Source: an uncultured virus (IMG/VR IMGVR_UViG_3300025362_000006) (Duplodnaviria; Heunggongvirae; Uroviricota; Caudoviricetes). Taken from it: a DNA stretch of 20,000 bases. The notes beneath the pieces were generated by a model. It was not told the DNA's origin and ran no database searches. It saw nothing but the letters and a program-made list of their open reading frames with translations. Both the position numbers and the translations under genes were made by a program. The DNA lies in IMG/VR virus record IMGVR_UViG_3300025362_000006; one strand, given 5' to 3'. Positions 1 to 8,214 of the stretch are shown one piece after another. The number at the start of each line of letters is the position of its first letter. Position 1 is the first letter of the stretch.

Positions 1-153
1 AATTAAAACGACAAACTATATTAAAACAATTAAAAACACAACAGATTATTCGTTGGCTGTTAAAGAAATTTACACAACAACAAATTTAATCAAACAATAG
101 TGTCAATGTCGACACACTAACGATAGAATATTATAATTCAAAAGGAGAATTAT

Positions 154-1053
154 ATGGTTGCTGGATTTTCACCATTCTTAGATGCAATGGCTAAACTAAG
201 TTCAATAAAAATGACTGAATGTGTATTTCCGATTGCTAGATTGACAGCAAATTTTACCCCGATGGTAACTGGAGATGATGTATCACTTAGGACTTCATTA
301 GTGAGTCCAATTAGTTATGATAGAGAATTATGTAAACTAATAATTAAACATCTTACAATCGTTGATAAAGAACAAGACAAAAAATTAAACTATAATGAAT
401 TAGTTGCATCAATTAGTAATATTGACAAATTGTCAGCAATATGGGCTTTGTATAAAGCAACATATGATAATTTGGCAGATCAAAGAGAAATGACTTGTGT
501 AAATAAAGATTGTAAACAAAAATTTAAAATAGACATTCCAATGGATGAGTTGATCCATGAAGATACATATACATTTTGGGATGTTGCTGATGCTGAAGGG
601 AATATGATTCCTTTTGACACTTACAGAACAGTAATTAGTATTGAACATAAAGACAATGTATATAACTTCAAAGCGAAATTGCCTTCTATTAAAGACAATA
701 ATACGCTTCTTGGAATAGTATCTATTGACGCACTGCAATATAACCTAGAGAATACAGGGAGCATTTTTAGTAAACCACAGAGGATGGGCCTATTAGTTGA
801 TGGTTTGCAGATCACATCAAAAACGAATGCATTTGAACCTATCGAAACTATTAATTTTGATGAGTTGCTATTGTCATTTAATAATTACTTACCCTTTCAA
901 GTTTCAGATAACTTCTTTAAAGAATATAATACAATGTTTGAAAAATATTCTCCTAATTATTATCTTGAAACTGCTTGCCCATTTTGTGGTAATGTTGATA
1001 AACTTACTATTGATTTGGAAACAGAGTTCTTTCGCAAGTGCCTTTCTGTCTGA
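154..1053 (+). CDS. Baseplate hub assembly / tail assembly chaperone, T4 gp26-like, with two Zn-binding motifs
   Basis: SD AAGGAG upstream; CVNKDC and CPFCG motifs; KLPSIKD and terminal EFF resemble T4 gp26-like hub proteins; leads a baseplate/tail cluster. Family call by eye. Confidence 0.6.
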   Translation: MVAGFSPFLDAMAKLSSIKMTECVFPIARLTANFTPMVTGDDVSLRTSLVSPISYDRELCKLIIKHLTIVDKEQDKKLNYNELVASISNIDKLSAIWALYKATYDNLADQREMTCVNKDCKQKFKIDIPMDELIHEDTYTFWDVADAEGNMIPFDTYRTVISIEHKDNVYNFKAKLPSIKDNNTLLGIVSIDALQYNLENTGSIFSKPQRMGLLVDGLQITSKTNAFEPIETINFDELLLSFNNYLPFQVSDNFFKEYNTMFEKYSPNYYLETACPFCGNVDKLTIDLETEFFRKCLSV

Positions 1054-1261
1054 AAATCGAGCTAGTAATTATTATAATGACTTTGTTGAAACATTTTGTG
1101 TTTATAATGATTTGTTTGAAGGTTGTGTTTCAGTACAAGAAGTATTCGATACCCCGTACCCAGTATATCGAGACATAATATTAACTCAAATAAAACGTAA
1201 GAAAAAACAAAATGACTTGTTGAAAAAACAACAAGCGAATTCACAAAGGCCACAAAAATAA
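1034..1261 (+). CDS. gp51-like / chaperone C-terminal extension, probably made by +1 frameshift from the 154-1053 gene
   Basis: +1 frame (ORF track 797-1261) encodes NYYNDF...SVQEVFDTPYPVY...IKRKKKQN, resembling T4-like gp51 / GT chaperone tails; no ATG with SD after 1053; candidate shift site TTC TTT CGC at 1027-1035. Confidence 0.55.
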   Translation, partial: ASAFLSENRASNYYNDFVETFCVYNDLFEGCVSVQEVFDTPYPVYRDIILTQIKRKKKQNDLLKKQQANSQRPQK

Positions 1262-1328
1262 ATAATAGCATCGAGTAGAGTATTTTAGGAAAGGCCAAAT
1301 TTCAAATTAATAGCAAATATATAGTTTT

Positions 1329-1438
1329 GGCTAATGTTTTTTCTCCTTTTTACATTAGTTAACTCGGAGGCCTCCATGTCTCTCCTGCCTTAAGGTTAGA
1401 CGGGGGTCTCCAACCCCAAACTTTTTTATAAAAGGTTT
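1329..1438 (+). ncRNA. Candidate structured RNA with an anti-Shine-Dalgarno loop
   Basis: Stem 1329-1337/1352-1360 with loop UUUUUCUCCUUUUU; stem GGAGGCCUCC 1366-1375 / GGGGGUCUCC 1402-1411 with inner GUCU/AGAC; stem 1418-1426/1430-1438. G-U pairs favour the + strand. Confidence 0.4.
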
Positions 1439-1476
1439 ACTAATTTTGTACTCCCGATATTAGAATTACAAATTTC

Positions 1477-1493
1477 ATATATAAATATTAATA
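1477..1493 (+). promoter_or_regulatory. Putative phage promoter ATATATAAATATTAATA (copy 1)
   Basis: Identical 17-mer at 1911-1927; about 60 nt upstream of the ATG at 1553. Confidence 0.65.
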
Positions 1494-1552
1494 ATAATGT
1501 TTGGTGATATGTATGTTAACTTGTTATTTTACTTTTACTTAGGAGGTACAAA

Positions 1553-1801
1553 ATGCCAGAAATAATCATTTCAGAAAAAGACCAATTTGATAAACTTGCT
1601 GAGTGGGAAAAGTATGAGTTAATTGAATCCCTTGAGAAATTGAATCGACATGGATCTGTTCAGGTTAAAGTTCGATGTTGTCAGAATCATCAAGGTATTT
1701 CATTTGACCGAGTGGATTCCATTCATTGTCGTTCTGACGAACAAATTGATGGGTCGTATTGTAGCCCGCTTAAACTGTTAAATGTTTTTGATGGATTTTA
1801 A
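1553..1801 (+). CDS. Hypothetical protein, 82 aa, Cys/His-containing
   Basis: Strong SD AGGAGG at 1541-1546; own promoter motif. Confidence 0.75.
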   Translation: MPEIIISEKDQFDKLAEWEKYELIESLEKLNRHGSVQVKVRCCQNHQGISFDRVDSIHCRSDEQIDGSYCSPLKLLNVFDGF

Positions 1802-1910
1802 ATTATTCTGCAATTTTATTGCAGTCTAATCCATGAGTTGGATTTTAAGAAAAATTCTAATTTTACTACTTGGGTTTTCTGTCTCAATTTTGATGATATT
1901 CTCCTTTTTT

Positions 1911-1927
1911 ATATATAAATATTAATA
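1911..1927 (+). promoter_or_regulatory. Putative phage promoter ATATATAAATATTAATA (copy 2)
   Basis: Identical to 1477-1493; 63 nt upstream of the ATG at 1990. Confidence 0.65.
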
Positions 1928-1989
1928 GTGCAGACCATCCTAGTTGGGTGGTTGTGCGATGATATACATTTATTAAAAGGAGAAGTATC

Positions 1990-2265
1990 ATGACTATTGA
2001 GACTATGAATTTAAATAAAGAAACGTTTAGTGACGAGAAACTGACCCGAATTCTGTCCGATATTCATACAGAAGTCAACTGCCAGATGCAGTTGACAACT
2101 CTGACGGGTAAAGCCCGTAGAGCTGAGTGGACTGAACTGAACAATAACCTTATGGAAAAACACATCGTCCATAAGGTTAGAAAACAATACAACGTGTTCG
2201 TTGTATTGTTCTATGAAACAAGAATCCAGTTAGACAAATTGTTTACCTGGATTTGTGGGGGTTGA
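1990..2265 (+). CDS. Hypothetical protein, 91 aa
   Basis: SD AAGGAG; own promoter motif and downstream terminator. Confidence 0.8.
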   Translation: MTIETMNLNKETFSDEKLTRILSDIHTEVNCQMQLTTLTGKARRAEWTELNNNLMEKHIVHKVRKQYNVFVVLFYETRIQLDKLFTWICGG

Positions 2266-2309
2266 TCCCCCAAATAGAAACCCCTGATTTTAGGGGTTTT
2301 CTACTTTTA
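2251..2309 (+). terminator. Tandem hairpins / intrinsic terminator
   Basis: GGGGG 2257-2261 / CCCCC 2267-2271, then TAGAAACCCCT 2275-2285 / AGGGGTTTTCTA 2292-2303 followed by a T-rich tract. Confidence 0.7.
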
Positions 2310-2436
2310 TTTAATCATTGAATTTAGTTAATATTAACCCTGTTTGGGGAATGTATTTTTTTATTTTTCTAAAGAATTTCCAAAATCCGCCGAGGCCAAA
2401 AAAGATAAAACCAAAAATAATATAAGGACACTTAAA

Positions 2437-3000
2437 ATGGCTACCTACACAGAACCAATAGACACAACAGAGGTAACTTTAAGTAGCCTACCACTAACTA
2501 TTCAAAGTCAAATTCCTTATTCAATAAGATCAAGAAAAGATACATACAAATTAGCAAAACTACCAATAAACATTCAATACTTAGTAAAAGAATATATATT
2601 AAGTAAAAAATCAGTTTCATATGATGTAGTTTTCGATACGATGCCTAATATAGTATCTACAGGAGATTTCGAAGTAATAGATAATTACTTCGATTTAGCA
2701 GTAGAATATTTAAAAAACTATTTAATGTTAGCAAAAGGTCAATACCCATTCGATCCATCGTTCTATAGCAAACTAAAATACTACATTCAAACAAGAGATA
2801 CATCAACAAGATACACTTTAGTAAATACTGAAGTAACACGAATAGCAAATGTATTAGCATCAGACTTACACATTCCAATACAAGTAGTAAACGTAGTAAT
2901 AGATAAATCTAGTCCGTCAGGTGTGTCAGTAACATATCATGTTGCAATAAATCTTAAAATCAATAATCAATCGAAACAATTAGGTATTGATGTGGTATAA
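2437..3000 (+). CDS. Baseplate wedge / sheath initiator, T4 gp25 (GPW/gp25)-like
   Basis: YLKNYLMLAKGQYPFDPSFYSKL matches the gp25 pattern (N.L.T..GE.PF.P.FG..L); start reassigned to ATG 2437 behind AAGGA. Confidence 0.7.
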   Translation: MATYTEPIDTTEVTLSSLPLTIQSQIPYSIRSRKDTYKLAKLPINIQYLVKEYILSKKSVSYDVVFDTMPNIVSTGDFEVIDNYFDLAVEYLKNYLMLAKGQYPFDPSFYSKLKYYIQTRDTSTRYTLVNTEVTRIANVLASDLHIPIQVVNVVIDKSSPSGVSVTYHVAINLKINNQSKQLGIDVV

Positions 3001-3027
3001 TTTTATAATTAATGTGGAGATTTTTTA

Positions 3028-3969
3028 ATGTCAAATGATAATATTCATTTTGAACCAAACTTAATAAGTCAATATCAAAAAGAGTATTTAACATTAATTA
3101 ATTATTATACTCAATTGACTAGAAATAGTGTATTTGTAAAATATTTTAACATCAATCTATCAAGCACTTATGACGATAAACTATTTTCAACTTATGATCG
3201 ATATAATGCTTCAGATATTAAATTTAATATCTATGAATATACCCCAATTTATCATATTCAAGCAATTAGTAATCGATCAACATATAGTGAAGACAAAGCA
3301 GGGGATGTACTTGAAGGTGTAAGCAGTATAACAGTAAATACTATTTCTCGTCCAAGAATCAACGATCTTATTTATTTTTATTCTCCAATTCATTCTCAAG
3401 AGATATTTAGAGTTATTAATTTTTCAACAGTTTCAAACATGCTTCACTCTGATCCACCTGTCAACTGGTATGAATTAGATATTGAATATGCCCCAATTGA
3501 AGATATTAATAACTTGACTATTTTCAATCATTATATTTACGATTTATCTATTGAAGAATATTTAACTCTTGAAGATTATAGAACTAAATTAGATAACTTC
3601 AACTTAATTTCAAATATTCTCTTTAGTGCGAAGACATTTTATAATAAAAATTTAGATATTTATTTAACTGACGATAGGTATATACCAATTGATTTGAATG
3701 TTATGATATTTAATTTAAAAACGTCTTCTGATCTTAAAAGTAAATATAAAAAGACTCTTGAACAATATCCAACCCCGTATGGATATACAAAATACATAGA
3801 TTCTGTTATTGCCCCTTATTCAACAACATTATTAGAATTCAATAATAAATTTTTAGTTTACGATTTAGAAGAAAAATTAATTATTGAATATGAATTTGAA
3901 GATATGAAAACACCAATTAATGACTTAGAAAATTTAATTCTGTATGGATATCAATTAATGTCTTTCTAA
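3028..3969 (+). CDS. Putative virion structural protein (neck/baseplate-associated)
   Basis: 313-aa ORF with GGAG SD inside the structural cluster; PRINDLIYF...IFRV pattern recalls head-tail connector beta-barrels. Function uncertain. Confidence 0.45.
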   Translation: MSNDNIHFEPNLISQYQKEYLTLINYYTQLTRNSVFVKYFNINLSSTYDDKLFSTYDRYNASDIKFNIYEYTPIYHIQAISNRSTYSEDKAGDVLEGVSSITVNTISRPRINDLIYFYSPIHSQEIFRVINFSTVSNMLHSDPPVNWYELDIEYAPIEDINNLTIFNHYIYDLSIEEYLTLEDYRTKLDNFNLISNILFSAKTFYNKNLDIYLTDDRYIPIDLNVMIFNLKTSSDLKSKYKKTLEQYPTPYGYTKYIDSVIAPYSTTLLEFNNKFLVYDLEEKLIIEYEFEDMKTPINDLENLILYGYQLMSF

Positions 3970-4003
3970 ACCCCCTAGTTCAATAAGGAGAATTAAAAAT
4001 GTT

Positions 4004-7000
4004 ATGGACCATTCTCAAGTAATTAAATATTTTGATGAATATATAAAAAAATATTCTCCTTACCAAGATAATGAGACTTATTTAGCATTAATGGAGTATA
4101 TAAGTCAAACATTCACAAAAGAATTATATGAAAATATTCCAACTCAATTTAAACAATTGTATGAAGATAACTATATAGATATTGATATGTATGATATTTT
4201 ATTACGGAACATCGGTGTCCCGGATAAGATATTATCTAAATTAAAAATCAATGAAAAAATAATTCTATTTAAAAACTTTACTGATTTTTATCGGTATCGT
4301 GGGGACGTTTATTTTTTTGATAAAGTATCTAAGTTATTTGAGGGGGCAGATACATTATTTGATATTTATGAATTGTATATTGATTATGATGAAGCAATGC
4401 AAGATTGGGTATTTAAACCGTATAAATTAGTTAAAAACACAAATCTTGAGTTATTGACAGATAATATCAGGTACGATCAGATATATGATAACATACCAAG
4501 TTTCTTAATTACCAGACAACAGTTAACTACACATAAAAATAATAAAGAAATAGTTCTTCCAGTTAAATCGAATATTCTTTTATTGGATTACTCATTTACT
4601 TATAATTTAAGTGAGATGATGCACTTAGTGAATGCTACATTCTTAAAACAATATAAGAAGAAAGAAATAACTTGTTATTTTATAGCTGATGAATTCATAT
4701 TTACATTAAGAGAATTTTTTATAATTTGGTATTATATTTTATTACGGTGTTATGATTCATCAATTGGTGACGTCCCCTTACAATGGATAATAGAATACAT
4801 TGATTCAAGTAATCCATATACACTTTCTAATATTGATGAAATATTAGAAGAATATAAATTGGTGACAACTGCTCTTCAAAGTCGAAATTTTTATGAAAAA
4901 TATATAAGTCGTCCATTTAAAAACTTTACATATAGTGCCCCACATGAATCTACAGATTTTGAATATTTGCTTACATCAGATTTTATTGAATACATCGATA
5001 GTAGGATAGTTGAATCTATAATGGACGATAAACAAGTATATAATATTATACTTGATGAATTATTAAATTCATTAGTCTTAGACATTAGTACAACATATGA
5101 TGAATATTATGTAAAATATTCAGAATATTTTATAAACTCGTTAACTCGTATAACTCTTGATCCTAAATTAACTAGTTCATATTTACTAATGCATAACTAT
5201 AAACCTTATCATACTGAATTATTATCAGCATATAATGAACTTATCTTCTCAAATAGTAATTTTGATTTAGCTGCTCCCGATGCTTACAAAGTACAATTTT
5301 TATATGATATGCAGGTTTTAGATAATCTTAATAAAGTGGATTATTATATTACTAATTTTATTTATAATTCTTTTAACGCTTTGACTTTTAATGAAAATAC
5401 TCTTTCGAAATTTGTATTAGAAATTCAAAAAGATTTAGAAATACTTGAAAAGAGTAACTTCAAATATTCTAAGTTTAATATAAGTAATCTTGAACAAGTA
5501 GATGTTAATAAAATTGATGTGGATTTAACACAAATATTTCAACTGTTACCAATTGAATATTCAAAAATAAATACATTACAAAATGCATTCAATAAACTGA
5601 CTGTTGATGGTGAGTTTATTATTAATTATTTGACACAACTCAATTCTACATTTACCTTTTTTGATTATACTATAAAGAAAATTCATAATTTGTTTTCTTC
5701 ATTTAATAATTTAACTGATGTTTCAAAGAGCAATTATAATAACATTTTACAAGATATATTAGAAAAGATTGAGTATACTGTTTTTGAAGTTTTAGGTAAA
5801 ACCTCAGACACATTGTTAACTACAGAATTTTTAGAAACAATTTATAATATATTGTTTAATGTGGTTAACAATATTAGTGAAGATTTAAAAATTGATTATA
5901 ATCAAATTGAACAAAGTGGAAAATCTACAATTAATCACGATTTCAATTTTATAAATTCAAAAGATAAAATATATACATTTAATCTTAGTGAATATATTGG
6001 TATAGGTAAACTAAATATTGGTGACAAAGTAAAATACATACACGATGATGATGTTCATTACGGAGTCATAAAAAGATTTGAAAGTGATCATATTAAATTA
6101 GCATCTGAGTATACAGGATCAACTATTTCTGGTCAACTAATGAAACAGTCTTCACCAGTACTAGATATTGTAGGACGAATATCTTTGAGTGCAGTTAAAC
6201 TTATTGACTCACTATTAACTACAGAGTTCTTAACGCTCATTCAAAATATATTCCTTACAACTGTTCACACTACTGAAGACATTTCTAATATTAATTCTAC
6301 TAAAATATTTGAACTTTCATTAGAAAAAAGTGAATCAATATTATTTGAACAATTGACAAATTTAATTGACAGTTTAAGTATTTCCGACTTTGAACACTCT
6401 AAACTCAAACTTCAAGTAGTTAAATTGTTGTCCCTTTATGATCAGGCAATTTGTAAGTATATGGTATATGGTTCTGAAGTTACCGATTTATTAGATGAAC
6501 AAGGAACTACAGATTTTAAGAAACAAATATTAGATAAATTATTATCAACAGAGTTCTTAAATTCAATTATAAATATATTTTATACGACATTTAATAATAT
6601 TGATGATAGTTCAAGTAGTAATTTTTTTCAAATTGAACAAAGTGGAAAATCTACAATTAATCACGATTTCAATTTTATAAATTCAAAAGATAAAATATAT
6701 ACATTTAATCTTAGTGAATATATTGGTATAGGTAAACTAAATATTGGTGACAAAGTAAAATACATACACGATGATGATGTTCATTACGGAGTCATAAAAA
6801 GATTTGAAAGTGATCATATTAAATTAGCATCTGAGTATACAGGATCAACTATTTCTGGTCAACTAATGAAACAGTCTTCACCAGTACTAGATATTGTAGG
6901 ACGAATATCTTTGAGTGCAGTTAAACTTATTGACTCACTATTAACTACAGAGTTCTTAACGCTCATTCAAAATATATTCCTTACAACTGTTCACACTACT

Positions 7001-7414
7001 GAAGACATTTCTAATATTAATTCTACTAAAATATTTGAACTTTCATTAGAAAAAAGTGAATCAATATTATTTGAACAATTGACAAATTTAATTGACAGTT
7101 TAAGTATTTCCGACTTTGAACACTCTAAACTCAAACTTCAAGTAGTTAAATTGTTGTCCCTTTATGATCAGGCAATTTGTAAGTATATGGTATATGGTTC
7201 TGAAGTTACCGATTTATTAGATGAACAAGGAACTACAGATTTAAAAATTGCTCCGTTTACTGATTTGTTGTCATCAACAGAATTTTTAAGTTTAGTTTAT
7301 AATTTAATTTTTTCTTCACTTAATATTATTGTTGATAAGTCAAATACTATTTATCAACAGGCTGCAACTGATAGCCAAACAATATTAGAGGAGATTTTAA
7401 TTTTTCAACTTTAA
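4004..7414 (+). CDS. Large baseplate wedge protein (P2 gpI / T4 gp7-like N-terminus) with a repetitive fibre-like C-terminus
   Basis: LFKNFTDFYRYRGD..FFDKV..LF and YKPYHT motifs typical of gpI/gp7-like wedge proteins; C-terminal half has 18-aa periodic repeats and a duplicated ~205-aa block; SD AAGGAG. Confidence 0.6.
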   Translation: MDHSQVIKYFDEYIKKYSPYQDNETYLALMEYISQTFTKELYENIPTQFKQLYEDNYIDIDMYDILLRNIGVPDKILSKLKINEKIILFKNFTDFYRYRGDVYFFDKVSKLFEGADTLFDIYELYIDYDEAMQDWVFKPYKLVKNTNLELLTDNIRYDQIYDNIPSFLITRQQLTTHKNNKEIVLPVKSNILLLDYSFTYNLSEMMHLVNATFLKQYKKKEITCYFIADEFIFTLREFFIIWYYILLRCYDSSIGDVPLQWIIEYIDSSNPYTLSNIDEILEEYKLVTTALQSRNFYEKYISRPFKNFTYSAPHESTDFEYLLTSDFIEYIDSRIVESIMDDKQVYNIILDELLNSLVLDISTTYDEYYVKYSEYFINSLTRITLDPKLTSSYLLMHNYKPYHTELLSAYNELIFSNSNFDLAAPDAYKVQFLYDMQVLDNLNKVDYYITNFIYNSFNALTFNENTLSKFVLEIQKDLEILEKSNFKYSKFNISNLEQVDVNKIDVDLTQIFQLLPIEYSKINTLQNAFNKLTVDGEFIINYLTQLNSTFTFFDYTIKKIHNLFSSFNNLTDVSKSNYNNILQDILEKIEYTVFEVLGKTSDTLLTTEFLETIYNILFNVVNNISEDLKIDYNQIEQSGKSTINHDFNFINSKDKIYTFNLSEYIGIGKLNIGDKVKYIHDDDVHYGVIKRFESDHIKLASEYTGSTISGQLMKQSSPVLDIVGRISLSAVKLIDSLLTTEFLTLIQNIFLTTVHTTEDISNINSTKIFELSLEKSESILFEQLTNLIDSLSISDFEHSKLKLQVVKLLSLYDQAICKYMVYGSEVTDLLDEQGTTDFKKQILDKLLSTEFLNSIINIFYTTFNNIDDSSSSNFFQIEQSGKSTINHDFNFINSKDKIYTFNLSEYIGIGKLNIGDKVKYIHDDDVHYGVIKRFESDHIKLASEYTGSTISGQLMKQSSPVLDIVGRISLSAVKLIDSLLTTEFLTLIQNIFLTTVHTTEDISNINSTKIFELSLEKSESILFEQLTNLIDSLSISDFEHSKLKLQVVKLLSLYDQAICKYMVYGSEVTDLLDEQGTTDLKIAPFTDLLSSTEFLSLVYNLIFSSLNIIVDKSNTIYQQAATDSQTILEEILIFQL
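5902..6516 (+). repeat. Direct repeat, copy 1 (615 bp)
   Basis: No mismatch found by eye versus 6628-7242; offset 726 bp = 242 codons, in frame. Confidence 0.95.
6628..7242 (+). repeat. Direct repeat, copy 2 (615 bp)
   Basis: Identical to 5902-6516; separated from it by a unique 111-bp spacer. Confidence 0.95.
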
Positions 7415-7510
7415 CAGATAGAGTTAAATGTCTGAATTTTATAATGTAATGTAATTTATTAACAACATTGTTTAAATATCAATCAATCAATATAGGAGAA
7501 ATTGTTATCC

Positions 7511-8161
7511 ATGGACCATATCATAACTAATACAGATGATTATAAAATTTTTGATAAATTGGGGTCAAATAAAAAACCTGGACCAAAAGGTTGGGTGAGA
7601 GCGTTTCTTCATAAAAACCCTAATTTTCTTGGAACCCCTTTTTTTGAAGGTGAAAATTTAATTGTTGGTAACGGTAGAGAACTTGTTGGTCAACGAATCT
7701 TTAATGTTGCTTCACCAGGGCATACTTGGACAAGTTATACAATTTCAGATTTTGGAGTAGGAAGTGGTGGTGCAACAGTTAGTGACGGTACACCAATAAT
7801 TGCTGACCCTACACTCGATGATGTAGGATTAAATAATCCAATTACATTAAGTTCAGCATACGATGCTGAAAGTAGCAGTAGTACAACAGGGGTAATTAAA
7901 CCAATTACAACAGATGGTTCAATTACATTAATGGATGGTGAATATGGAACTAGTACTTACTATTCAAAATCTAAATGTGTCTGTGTAGTTGATGCAAGTG
8001 AACCTACAAGTTTAGGGGCAGGAGAGTCACAACAAATTTCTGAAGCCGGCTTGTATTTTACAAGTGGATCGACAAATGTAATGTTTTCACATATCTGTTT
8101 TGCTCCTAAATGGAAAGAATCTGATAGTATATTAACTATTGAATGGTATATTATTTGTTAA
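7511..8161 (+). CDS. Tail-fibre collar / baseplate-fibre attachment protein (P2 gpH N-terminal domain-like)
   Basis: NLIVGNGRE, FGVGSG, ISEAGLY, MFSH..F.P..K....LTIEW motifs characteristic of this family; start may instead be TTG 7502. Confidence 0.65.
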   Translation: MDHIITNTDDYKIFDKLGSNKKPGPKGWVRAFLHKNPNFLGTPFFEGENLIVGNGRELVGQRIFNVASPGHTWTSYTISDFGVGSGGATVSDGTPIIADPTLDDVGLNNPITLSSAYDAESSSSTTGVIKPITTDGSITLMDGEYGTSTYYSKSKCVCVVDASEPTSLGAGESQQISEAGLYFTSGSTNVMFSHICFAPKWKESDSILTIEWYIIC

Positions 8162-8214
8162 ATTGTTTTCTTAAAATATAGACAATAATAATCGTTATTA
8201 AGGAGTTTTTTATT

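Noticed and set aside
797..1033. 5' part of ORF 797-1261 as an independent overlapping gene
   Set aside because: No SD at 797 and the translation looks like off-frame sequence; only the part after about 1034 looks protein-like.
433..1298. Minus-strand ORFs 433-738, 621-815 and 1062-1298
   Set aside because: Antisense shadows of real genes with no convincing RBS.
11..2425. Possible second promoter motif CAAA..(T)ATAT at about 11, 1313 and 2410
   Set aside because: Too degenerate in AT-rich DNA to support without a genome-wide test.
5902..7242. DGR template/variable repeat pair or CRISPR array
   Set aside because: Copies are identical with no adenine-specific mismatches, no reverse transcriptase is present, and the unit is far too long for CRISPR.
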